Shown here in pieces: positions 18,484 through 27,212 of a stretch of 64,000 nucleotides of DNA. The position numbers were made by a program, and so were the translations under genes. The notes under the pieces are model-generated. The model made no database searches. It had not been told where the DNA came from and saw only the letters and a program-made list of their open reading frames with translations. Numbering within the stretch: the first letter of the stretch is position 1; every line of letters starts with the position of its first letter. The DNA is from Myxococcota bacterium (GTDB lineage: Bacteria > Myxococcota_A > UBA796 > CAJQPC01), in contig DASCPX010000129.1 of assembly GCA_036012755.1 (NCBI GenBank), positions 128,001-192,000 of the forward strand, given 5' to 3'.

Positions 18484-20133
18484 CTACCAGGTCAACTCCG
18501 TCAGCCGTTCTCGTGCGCGTGGCGCGTAGACGTCGTCCCCGCAGCGGTCGAGGAAGGCGTTGTAGCGACCGACCGCGGCGGTCTTGTTGTCCAGGTTGTC
18601 CGCGTAGAGGTCCCCGAGCAGCCGGTTCGCCAGGCAGTTTCGGGGGCAGTACTGCAGGGTCGTCAAGAGCTCCATCTCTGCGGCCTTGTACTCCCCGTTG
18701 CGTCCGTACAGGAGCCCGAGGTTGTTGTGGCCCTTGCAGTAGGACGGTGACTCCCTCAGGGCGGAGAGGAAGGCCTCTTCGGCCTCGTCGCGGTTGCCGA
18801 GGATCGCCTCCTCCCGGCCGAGGTTGTTCCACGCGTCGAGGTAGCCCGGATCGGCCTCGACGGCGCGCCGGTAGGCTGCGCGTGCGAGCCCGAACTCCTG
18901 GTCGAGGTGCAGCGCTTCGCCGTAGCCGTACCAAGCCTCTGCCGAGTCCGGGTTGCGCTCCGTCGCCTGGGCCCAGAGCGTCGGTTCGGTGTGCCAGACG
19001 CGGTTCTGGAAGAAGGTGAGCGCCATGAGCGAGAGCGCCAGGAAGACCGCTGCGACGTGCCCTTGCCGCCCGAGGCGATCGAGCCCCAGCGCCGCGGCTG
19101 TGGTGAAGCCCAGCAGGCTGAGGTGCACGCGGTGCTCCGCCATCGTCTCTTTCAGCGCGACGAAGGACGACGAGGGCAGCAGCAAGAGCGCGAACCAGAG
19201 CCAGCAGAAGGCCAGCATCGGGTGCTTCTTCGCCTTCCAGATCGCCACCGCCGTCCCGCCGAGGACCCCCGCCATCGCCGCGACAGAGCGCAGCGTCGGC
19301 CCGGTCTCCGGGTGGTCGTGGAAGACGCTCTGTCCCCAGGGAAGGACGCTGAGCTGCACGTAGCGGATCCAGACCTCGAACTGGGTGAAGACCTGGACGT
19401 CCAGCGGCCTCTGGGGTGGCAGTGGCGAGGTCACGGTGCCGTACATCGAGTAGCGCCACGCGAAGAAGCCGAGCACGCCGACGAGACCGGGGAGGTGGTC
19501 CCGCCAGCGCAGGGCGCGCCAGTTCATCGAGCGCAGCGCCACCACGTCGATGAGCAGGAAGGCCACAGGCATCGTGACCGCGACCTCCTTCGTGAAGGCC
19601 CCCGCCAGTACGGAGAGCCACGCCCCGGCGAAGTGCTGCCAGCCACCCACCTGGCGCCAGCGCACGAAGCTCCAGCAGCCGAGCAGGTAGAACAGCGCGC
19701 AGAGCTGCTCGCTGCGGCCCGTGACGTAGCTGACGGACTCGGTGTTGAGCGGGTGGGCTGCCCAGAGTCCAGCGGCGATCGCGCCCACGACCAGGGGGCG
19801 GGCGTGGCCCCGGAGCTCGGCGATCGCGGAGATCAGCAGGAAGGCGAGGCCCACCTCCAGCCCGAAGATGACCGCGTCGACGAGGTGGTAGAGGAAGGGC
19901 TCCTGCTCGGCGAAGTGGTAGTTGAGCGCGTAGCTCGCGATGGTGATGGGCCGGCTCAGGTTGTAGCCGAGCATCATCTTCCAGTGCTCGAGCATCCGGA
20001 TGGTCCGGTTGCCGATGACCTCGACCTTGTCGTCGTAGGTGAAGGCGCCCTCGAGGGAGTTGAAGTACGCCAGCGCTACGACTGCCAGCAGGGCCGCCCA
20101 GGTGATCCAGCGCTGGGCCTCTCGGCTGTTCAT
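18484..20133 (-). CDS. TMTC-like GT-C glycosyltransferase with C-terminal TPRs
   Basis: FTYDD after TM1, HPLNTESVSYVTGRSEQL, TKE and AEHRVHL motifs, then about 5 TPR repeats. Confidence 0.85.
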   Translation of the reverse strand: MNSREAQRWITWAALLAVVALAYFNSLEGAFTYDDKVEVIGNRTIRMLEHWKMMLGYNLSRPITIASYALNYHFAEQEPFLYHLVDAVIFGLEVGLAFLLISAIAELRGHARPLVVGAIAAGLWAAHPLNTESVSYVTGRSEQLCALFYLLGCWSFVRWRQVGGWQHFAGAWLSVLAGAFTKEVAVTMPVAFLLIDVVALRSMNWRALRWRDHLPGLVGVLGFFAWRYSMYGTVTSPLPPQRPLDVQVFTQFEVWIRYVQLSVLPWGQSVFHDHPETGPTLRSVAAMAGVLGGTAVAIWKAKKHPMLAFCWLWFALLLLPSSSFVALKETMAEHRVHLSLLGFTTAAALGLDRLGRQGHVAAVFLALSLMALTFFQNRVWHTEPTLWAQATERNPDSAEAWYGYGEALHLDQEFGLARAAYRRAVEADPGYLDAWNNLGREEAILGNRDEAEEAFLSALRESPSYCKGHNNLGLLYGRNGEYKAAEMELLTTLQYCPRNCLANRLLGDLYADNLDNKTAAVGRYNAFLDRCGDDVYAPRARERLTELTW

Positions 20134-21275
20134 CGAGCGGAGCTCACGACCTCATCGTAGAGCGCCGCGTGCTGGCGGGCGACCGTCGCGAAGGACAGGC
20201 GTTCGGTGACGTAGTCGCGACCGCGCGTTGCCATCGCGTTCGCCGCCGCTGTGTCGTCGAGCAAGGTGCGGATGCGCTCGCGGAGACCCTCGACGTCCGC
20301 GTGGCGCACGAGCAGGCCGGCCCCGGCCTGGGAGATGAGCTCACCGCAGCCACAGTCGCCGCCGACCACCACGGGGGTGCCGCACATGAGGCCCTCGAAG
20401 GGCACCAGCCCGAAGACCTCGTCCGTCGAGGGGTAGACGAGCACGTCTGCGTCCACGAGCAGCGCGAGGCGCTCGGGCCCCTCCAGCAGGCCGGTGAAGA
20501 CGACGCTGCTGGAGGCTCGCTCCCGGGCGGTGTTCATGCCCCCCATGTCGTTCCCGCCGACCACCAGGGTGGCGTCCGAGATGCCGGTCTGGAATGCCTC
20601 CACGAGGTGCTCGACCCCTTTCCTCGGGCTGACCTGGCCGAGGTAGGCGACGATGCGGCCCTCGACCCCCCAGCGCTCTCTGAAGAGCCCTTTCTCGGGC
20701 AGATCCTCGAACTCGTCGAGCATCAGCCCGTTGGGGATGGTGGCGATCCTCTCGGGGCGGAAACCGTCCTGCACGAAGCGCCCTGCTTCGCTCCTGCTGA
20801 CGGCGATGAGCTTGCGAGCGCCGCCGGGCAGGCGTCCCGAGAAGAGCAGGTCCCAGACCAGCTTGGCGCCGACCTTGCGCTCGTGTCGACGCAGGGTCCC
20901 GTTGGGTGTCATGACGTAGGGGATGCTCCGCCGCCCGGCGAAAGCCACCGCCGCGTTGTTGAGCAGGTGGCGGTGGCCGTGCAGGTGGACGAGATCCACG
21001 TCGTCGAGGATGTCCAGGGGCACGTCTCGCGGGACGAAGAGCTGGTGCTGGTAGGCCAGCGTGTTGCTCCAGTTCATCGACGTCAGGACGCGCACGCCGT
21101 CGTGGACGCGATCTCGCGGTACGCGGGCTCGGGCGGCGTCGCAGGCGTCGGTGGTCCAGACGCTGCACTCGACTCCCTGCTCGGAGAGCGCGCGGGTCAG
21201 ACCGTGCACGATTCGGGGGATCCCGCCATAGGCCCAGGTCGGCGGGAAGTAGGGGCTCACGTGGAGCACGTGCAT
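20130..21275 (-). CDS. GT4 family glycosyltransferase
   Basis: HVSPYFPPTWAYGG N-terminus; RKGVEHL; EVFGLVPFE (E-x7-E) motif. Confidence 0.9.
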   Translation of the reverse strand: MHVLHVSPYFPPTWAYGGIPRIVHGLTRALSEQGVECSVWTTDACDAARARVPRDRVHDGVRVLTSMNWSNTLAYQHQLFVPRDVPLDILDDVDLVHLHGHRHLLNNAAVAFAGRRSIPYVMTPNGTLRRHERKVGAKLVWDLLFSGRLPGGARKLIAVSRSEAGRFVQDGFRPERIATIPNGLMLDEFEDLPEKGLFRERWGVEGRIVAYLGQVSPRKGVEHLVEAFQTGISDATLVVGGNDMGGMNTARERASSSVVFTGLLEGPERLALLVDADVLVYPSTDEVFGLVPFEGLMCGTPVVVGGDCGCGELISQAGAGLLVRHADVEGLRERIRTLLDDTAAANAMATRGRDYVTERLSFATVARQHAALYDEVVSSAR

Positions 21276-21313
21276 CGGAGACGTCCTATCACAGGGGCTT
21301 TGCACCGGGTGCG

Positions 21314-21343
21314 TTGACGCTCACCCTCGGGCAGCCATACGCT
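21314..21343 (+). promoter_or_regulatory. sigma70-type promoter
   Basis: TTGACG (21314-21319), N18, TACGCT (21338-21343), followed by AAGGAGAGG SD before ATG 21368. Confidence 0.6.
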
Positions 21344-21367
21344 GCTGCCGGTTCCAAGGAGAGGCCC

Positions 21368-21715
21368 ATGCTCGTCCTGCTCATGTCGCTGACTGGTTGC
21401 GGTCCGAACTGCCAGTCGACCTGCCAGCGTCTCTACGGTGACGGAGTTCAGACCGTCAACGGCGAGCAACAAGAGGACTGCGGGATCGAACGCGCGGGTC
21501 GGAAGAGCAACGACCTCGTCGACACCTGCATGGAAGAGTGCGACGACGCGCTGGACACACCCGGCGAGATGGGCCCCTACGATCCGTACACGCGGACCGG
21601 CTCCAACGAGTCAGTCGACCTCGACAACGAGCGCCAGGCGGCCATCTGGATGCAGTGCGTCGCCGAGACCAGCTGCGACCGCCTCACGGAGGGCTACTGC
21701 GCGCCGGTCTGGTAG
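21368..21715 (+). CDS. Small Cys-rich lipoprotein
   Basis: MLVLLMSLTGC lipobox plus 8 further Cys; strong SD. Confidence 0.75.
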   Translation: MLVLLMSLTGCGPNCQSTCQRLYGDGVQTVNGEQQEDCGIERAGRKSNDLVDTCMEECDDALDTPGEMGPYDPYTRTGSNESVDLDNERQAAIWMQCVAETSCDRLTEGYCAPVW

Positions 21716-21732
21716 GGGTTAGTCGAGCCCCG

Positions 21733-21999
21733 ATGTTCTTCCTCAGCTTGCTGTGGGGCTGCAACGCCACCTGCTCCCAGGCCTGCAAGCGCCTGCTGGA
21801 GTGCGACGCCGTGGACACCACCGGCGTCGAGCGCGACCTCTGCGAGGAGACCTGCCGCGTGCAGGAGCAGACCTACGAAGACTGGGAGGACGAGGACCTC
21901 CAGGAGCGCTTCGACGAGGCCCGCAACTGCATCCGCGATTCGACCTGCGCGGACATCGCGGACGGTGTCTGCTACGACGAAGAGCTGTTTCCCTACTGA
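21733..21999 (+). CDS. Small Cys-rich lipoprotein, paralog of the upstream gene
   Basis: MFFLSLLWGC plus 8 Cys in the same spacing pattern. Confidence 0.7.
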   Translation: MFFLSLLWGCNATCSQACKRLLECDAVDTTGVERDLCEETCRVQEQTYEDWEDEDLQERFDEARNCIRDSTCADIADGVCYDEELFPY

Positions 22000-22003
22000 A
22001 GAC

Positions 22004-22975
22004 GTGAGACTGCTCTTCCTCCACACCGGCGGCACCCTCGGCATGAAGGGGGAGCCCGGCCCGCTGGAACCAGAGGACTACGAGGAGACCGTCCTTCCCT
22101 TCGTCCGGGGCCTCGAGGAGCTCGGCGAGATCGAGCACCGGTTCCTCTGCAACATCGACAGCTCCGACATGGATCCGACCCGCTGGCAGGACATCGCTCG
22201 GACGGTCGCAGAGAACATCGACACCTACTGTGGCTTCGTCGTGCTCCACGGCACGGACACGATGGCTTACAGCGCGGCAGCCTGCGCCCTGTTGCTGGAG
22301 AACCTCCCCAAGCCGGTGGTCTTCACCGGAGCCCAGCGGCCGATCCACCAGCTGCGCAGCGACGGACGCCAGAACCTCATCCACGCGACCATCTGCGCCA
22401 CCCGCGACGTTCCAGAGGTCGCCGTCTACTTCGACGGCAAGCTCCTGCGCGCCTCGCGGACCACGAAGTACTCGGTCCAGAGCTACTCGGCCTACCGCTC
22501 CCCGGGCACCCCTCCGCTGATGACGATGGGCGCTGACATCCTGCAGCCGCTGGTGCCCAGGCGCCCACGCGGGCCCTTTCGCCTGCGGTCCGGCTTCGAG
22601 CGTCACGTCGCGGTCCTGACGCTCTTTCCGGGCATCGAGTCGCGGGTGCTCGACGCGGTCGTCGACGGCGGAGCGCGTGGGGTCATCCTGCGCTCGTTCG
22701 GCGCGGGCAACGTTCCCTTGATGGGGTGGCCAGAGGCCGTCGCCCGAGCCCGGGCCGCCGGGGCGGTGGTCATCGTCGCCACCCAGTGCGTGGAGGGAAG
22801 GGTGGAGCTCGGTCGCTACGCTGGCTCGGCGGCCGTGCTCGACGCGGGTGCCCTGAGCGCAGCCGACATGACGCTCGAGGGTGCCCTCACGAAGACCATG
22901 TTCCTCCTGGCCCAGGACGAGGCCTTCGAGGAGTCCTGGCCCCACGATCTGGCAGGCGAGGTCTCACCGCACTGA
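22004..22975 (+). CDS. ansA: L-asparaginase, type I (cytoplasmic)
   Basis: HTGGT and HGTDTMAY catalytic Thr motifs; PVVFTGAQRP; GAGN. Confidence 0.9.
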   Translation: MRLLFLHTGGTLGMKGEPGPLEPEDYEETVLPFVRGLEELGEIEHRFLCNIDSSDMDPTRWQDIARTVAENIDTYCGFVVLHGTDTMAYSAAACALLLENLPKPVVFTGAQRPIHQLRSDGRQNLIHATICATRDVPEVAVYFDGKLLRASRTTKYSVQSYSAYRSPGTPPLMTMGADILQPLVPRRPRGPFRLRSGFERHVAVLTLFPGIESRVLDAVVDGGARGVILRSFGAGNVPLMGWPEAVARARAAGAVVIVATQCVEGRVELGRYAGSAAVLDAGALSAADMTLEGALTKTMFLLAQDEAFEESWPHDLAGEVSPH

Positions 22976-23278
22976 GGCGAGGAAGCTCCGGTGGGCGTCC
23001 GTCGTCTCCGCGTGGGGGCTGCCTGTCGTGCTCCCGCGGAGCCCCGGAACCCCAGTGCTGTCGAGCTCCGCTCCGGCGTGGCAGTGGGCGCAGCCGTCGT
23101 GGAGGAAGGCCTCCAGTCCAGCGAGCTCCCCGGCGCTCAGGCTGTCCTCGCCAGCGAGCCAGCGGTCGAAGCGGGTGTCTCCGGCCGGGGCGAAGACCTT
23201 CGTCGCCCGCTCGCGCAGGTCCGGCTCGCGGTGGGTCTCCTCGACGTCTCCGGAGCAGGCGATCAGCAAGATCAGCAA
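22964..23278 (-). CDS. Miniature monoheme cytochrome c lipoprotein (cytochrome c peroxidase C-domain remnant)
   Basis: MLILLIAC; TRFDRWLAG..LS..EL.GL..F...GCAHCHAG and VPGLR match the CcP/MauG second domain. Confidence 0.6.
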   Translation of the reverse strand: MLILLIACSGDVEETHREPDLRERATKVFAPAGDTRFDRWLAGEDSLSAGELAGLEAFLHDGCAHCHAGAELDSTGVPGLRGSTTGSPHAETTDAHRSFLASVR

Positions 23279-23796
23279 GGAAACTCCTGGATTCTCTCGG
23301 GCACCTCGGCGAGGAAGCCGAGGACCGCGACGCCGAAGGTGACGGCGAGGACAGCCTCCGCGTTGGCGGGGGTGATGCCGCCGAGGGCGAAGACTGGAAT
23401 GCCCAGCCGACGCTGTGCCGCCTCCAGCCCTTCGAGCCCGAGGGTGGGTCTGTCGTCTTCGGGCTTCGAGGTGGGTCGGAAGACGGGACTCAACAGCACG
23501 TAGTCGGCCCCGGCGTCCTCGGCGGAGAGCGCCTCCTCGAGGGAGTGCGTGGAGACACCGAGGAGTCCCTCGTGGGCGCGCCAGGCCCCGATGTCCTCGC
23601 CGCTGGGCAGGTGAAGCCCACAGCCGGCCACCGGGGCGTCCGGGCAGCGGAGGTGCACGATGTGACCGGCGGCGAGGTGAGCCACCGGGACCTGCTCACG
23701 GATCAGGGCGGGCCGTCCGACCGCCGAGAGCCAGTCCCGGAGCTGTCCTCGGCCAGGCGAGATCGGTAGGATCCGCCTCATCATCTGGAGCGGCAT
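23272..23796 (-). CDS. thiE: Thiamine-phosphate synthase / TenI family
   Basis: GVSTHS, GADYVLLSPVFRPTSKP and PVFALGGIT motifs; adjacent to thiG; N-terminal part divergent. Confidence 0.75.
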   Translation of the reverse strand: MPLQMMRRILPISPGRGQLRDWLSAVGRPALIREQVPVAHLAAGHIVHLRCPDAPVAGCGLHLPSGEDIGAWRAHEGLLGVSTHSLEEALSAEDAGADYVLLSPVFRPTSKPEDDRPTLGLEGLEAAQRRLGIPVFALGGITPANAEAVLAVTFGVAVLGFLAEVPERIQEFPC

Positions 23797-23805
23797 CCCG
23801 GCAGT

Positions 23806-24576
23806 CTACCCGCGGCCGATGAGCCCCTCGATGGGCGAGGACGCAGTCGCGTAGAGCTTCTTCGGGATGCGGCCGGCTTCGAAGGCCATGCGCCCGGCCT
23901 CGGTCGCCGCTCTCATCGCGCCAGCCATCTTCAGGGGGTCCTTCGCGGCAGCGATGGCCGTGTTCATGAGCAGCCCGTCGACCCCGAGCTCCATCGCGAT
24001 GGCGGCGTCGCTGGCGGTCCCGACCCCGGCGTCCACGATGACCGGGACCTTCGCCGCGTCGAGGATCAACGCCAGGTTGTAGGGGTTTCGGATGCCGAGA
24101 CCCGAGCCGATGGGCGCCGCCAGCGGCATGACGGCCGCGCAGCCGATGTCCTCGAGCTTCCTGCAGACGATCGGGTCGTCCAGGCAGTAGGGCATCACGG
24201 TGAAGCCGTCCTCGCAGAGCACGCGAGCGGCCTCCAGGGTCCCCTCGTTGTCGGGGAAGAGCGTCTTCGGATCTCCGATGACCTCGAGCTTCACGAGCTC
24301 TGTGCCCAACAGCTCCCGCGCGAGACGGGCCGTGACGATGGCCTCTTCCGCCGTGAAGCAGCCCGCCGTGTTGGGCAGGATGAGGATCCTGTCCCGATCT
24401 ATGAAGTCCAGGATGTTGTGGCCCTTGGCCGCCGTGAGGTCGACCCGGCGCACCGCGATGGTGACCATGGCCGTCCCAGTGGCCTCGTGACAGGCCTGCA
24501 TCTCAGGAAAGTCCTTGTACTTTCCGGTGCCTACGATGAGTCGCGAAGAGAGGGTGTGGGAGCCGATCTGGAGCAT
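23806..24576 (-). CDS. thiG: Thiazole synthase
   Basis: [36 protein letters not shown] and VDAGVG motifs. Confidence 0.97.
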   Translation of the reverse strand: MLQIGSHTLSSRLIVGTGKYKDFPEMQACHEATGTAMVTIAVRRVDLTAAKGHNILDFIDRDRILILPNTAGCFTAEEAIVTARLARELLGTELVKLEVIGDPKTLFPDNEGTLEAARVLCEDGFTVMPYCLDDPIVCRKLEDIGCAAVMPLAAPIGSGLGIRNPYNLALILDAAKVPVIVDAGVGTASDAAIAMELGVDGLLMNTAIAAAKDPLKMAGAMRAATEAGRMAFEAGRIPKKLYATASSPIEGLIGRG

Positions 24577-24595
24577 GGCGCGCACCTAACGCGGC

Positions 24596-25379
24596 TCAGA
24601 GCTCGGTGACGTTCACCCGGGTCGCGAAGCTCCATCCCGAATCCGCCGTCAACGACGCCGTGCCGCTGTAGACATCGCTGGTGCCGTAGCCCCCCTGGAC
24701 CGTGAGATCCCGTACGTCCACCTCGATGTTCTCTCCGTCCACCTCGATCACCGTGCCGAGGTCTCCGCCATCGAGGGTCACGCGCATCGCGTCACCGCTG
24801 TCGCTCTTGACGACCACGCTGCCCGAAAACAGCAGGTTCACGTAGAAGGTGCCGTCGCAGAAGACCAGCTCGCCCTCATCGCTGAAGGTCGCCGTCGCCG
24901 GGGCGTCTGCGGTCCCTGTCAGGGCCGCGGTCTGGTCCGTCGGGCTTCCGTCTGTGTCGAGCCAGACCGCCGTGTTCGTGTCGACGTCTTCGTCGCAGTC
25001 ATCCGGGTTGTCCGCGTAGCCGGGGCAGCTCACAGGCGCTCACGGTGCCCTCGCCCCCGTAGCCGTCTCCGTCGCTGTCCTCGTAGTAGGTCGTGCCGTC
25101 GATGGGGTCGTCGTCCGGCACCCCGTCACAGTCGTCGTCGATGTCGTTGCAGATCTCGTCGGCGTCGGGGTTCACCAGCTCCCTGCCGTCATCGCAGTCG
25201 CTGCCGTCGCTGAGGTAGCCGTCGGGCATCTCGCAGTCGTCGTTGGTCGTGTCGGGATCGCCGAAGCCGTCGCCGTCAGCGTCGGCGTACCACTCTACGG
25301 CGCAGCCGACGTCCCCGCTGTCTCCCGAGTCGGTCCCGGGTGGTGTCTTGGTGCAGGCGAGAGCCAGGACAACGAGCAT
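24596..25379 (-). pseudogene. MopE-like putative metal-binding-motif lipoprotein, frameshifted
   Basis: MLVVLALAC; WYADADGDGFGD...DCDD...NPDADEICNDIDDDCDG repeat. The frame breaks at ~25022-25026 and continues as GYADNPDDCD in another frame. Confidence 0.75.
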
Positions 25380-25442
25380 GTTTCCGCCGTCGGCGGGAGG
25401 GTACTCGGCCCGTGATAGGGTCGCGCGCTTCCAGAGGTTCCC

Positions 25443-27212
25443 ATGGTCCAGCGGCCCTACGCCGAGCTGTCCTTTCCCGGCATCGCGCTGGGGGTGATCC
25501 AGGGCATCCTGATGACCGCCGCCTTCGTCTACATCGCGCTGAAGCTGGGCTTTGGCCTTGGTGGTTCGACCGTCGCAGCGATCATCGGCTTCACCTTCCT
25601 CCGCGGCGCGCTGCGGCGGAAGTCGATCGTCGAGAACAACATCAACCAGACGGTGGCCTCCGGTATCAACACCGCCTCGGCGGGTGTGGTCTTCACCCTG
25701 CCGGCGCTGCTGTTGCTCAGCGTCGACGACCCCAGCCTCCGTGACTTCCCGATCGGTCCGCTCATCTTCGCGGCGGTCGCCGGCTCGCTGATGGGCATCG
25801 TGCTCATCATTCCGCTGCGAAAGCAGATGATCGAGTTCGAGCGCCTGCGCTTCCCGAGCGGGACCGCTGTCGCGACGCTCTTGCGCTCTCCTGGAGAGGG
25901 CCTCGCCCAGGGCATCCTCTTGCTCGTCGGAGCCTTGCTGGCCCTGGGGCTCACGGTGCTGGTGAACATGGCGTTCATCCCAGAGGAGATCGACATCGGG
26001 CACGCCTTGGAGCTGCCCGCCTGGCTTCCCTTCGCCCTCTACATCTCCGCGGCCAACTTCGGCGCCGGGCTGCTCTCCGGGAAGGGCGGCCTGCCCTTTG
26101 CCCTCGGCGGGGTCCTGGCCTGGTGGATCATCACGCCCATCGCCGTGTCCTCCGGCTGGATCGACCCTCCGGCGACCATGGCCGCAGCGGACGTCGCGGT
26201 CTGGCAGGCGGGCGAGGCATACAGCCAGATGCTGAGACCGCTGGGCATCGGCATGCTCATCGGTGGTGCCCTCGCGGGGGTCGCCTCCGCGTTGCCGGCG
26301 GTGAAGGGTGCGTTCCAGTCCCTCCAGGCGGCCGCGAAGCTCGCCCGGGACAAGGGCGTCTCACCCGACGAGATGTCGCCCAAGCTGCTCGCCGGCGGGG
26401 CCGTGGGAGCCTTCGTCCTGCTGTTCATCGCGTCGATGCTCGCCAGCGGCCTCGGGCCTGCACATTCCTTGATGATCGCCGTCGTTGCGGCGCTCTGGCT
26501 CGGCCTCGCCGGAGTCATCGTCGCCACCGCGACCGGGCACACGGACATCAGCCCGCTGTCGGGCCTGGCCCTGATCGCGGTCACGCTGATGTACTTCCTG
26601 ACCGACGGCAACGTGACCGCTGCGATCCTCATCGGCGTCTCGGTCTGTATCGCGACGAACCAGTGCGCCGACATGATGAGCGACCTCAAGACGGGTCACC
26701 TCGTCGGCGCCACTCCGCGCAACCAGCAGATCGCCCAGCTGTTGTTGTGCTGGCTCGGCCCGCTGGTCGCCATCGGCGTGCTCTTCCTCCTCTGGGAGAT
26801 GCCAGGGGACGGCTCCCCGGGCTTCGGGCCGGACTCGTTGGCCTGTATCGAGGAGACCGCGGACTGCCTGCTGGCCCCTCAGGCTGGCGCGCTGCAAGGC
26901 ATGATCGAGGCCCTGCGCGACTCCGACGCCGCCGTCGACAAGTACATCGGCGGGACCGTCATCGGCGGCGCGCTGAGCGTCTTCCCCATCGGCGGCGTCG
27001 CGGTGCTCGTCGGGCTGGCGATGTACCTGCCCTTTTCGATCACCCTGGCCTATGGCGTCGGCTGCGTGCTCGCGATGGCGCTCCAGAAGTACATGGGTCG
27101 GGCCTTCATCGGCAAGAAGCTCGTCCCCTTCGCGGCTGGCCTCATCGTCGGCGAGGCGCTCACCCAGCTCGCCTGGTCCATCTACCGCATGGCGACCGGA
27201 GGTGGAGAGTGA
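25443..27212 (+). CDS. OPT/YSL family oligopeptide transporter
   Basis: ENNINQTVAS, LRFPSGTAVA, DLKTGHLVGATPRNQ and AAGLIVGE motifs; about 16 TM segments. Confidence 0.92.
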   Translation: MVQRPYAELSFPGIALGVIQGILMTAAFVYIALKLGFGLGGSTVAAIIGFTFLRGALRRKSIVENNINQTVASGINTASAGVVFTLPALLLLSVDDPSLRDFPIGPLIFAAVAGSLMGIVLIIPLRKQMIEFERLRFPSGTAVATLLRSPGEGLAQGILLLVGALLALGLTVLVNMAFIPEEIDIGHALELPAWLPFALYISAANFGAGLLSGKGGLPFALGGVLAWWIITPIAVSSGWIDPPATMAAADVAVWQAGEAYSQMLRPLGIGMLIGGALAGVASALPAVKGAFQSLQAAAKLARDKGVSPDEMSPKLLAGGAVGAFVLLFIASMLASGLGPAHSLMIAVVAALWLGLAGVIVATATGHTDISPLSGLALIAVTLMYFLTDGNVTAAILIGVSVCIATNQCADMMSDLKTGHLVGATPRNQQIAQLLLCWLGPLVAIGVLFLLWEMPGDGSPGFGPDSLACIEETADCLLAPQAGALQGMIEALRDSDAAVDKYIGGTVIGGALSVFPIGGVAVLVGLAMYLPFSITLAYGVGCVLAMALQKYMGRAFIGKKLVPFAAGLIVGEALTQLAWSIYRMATGGGE

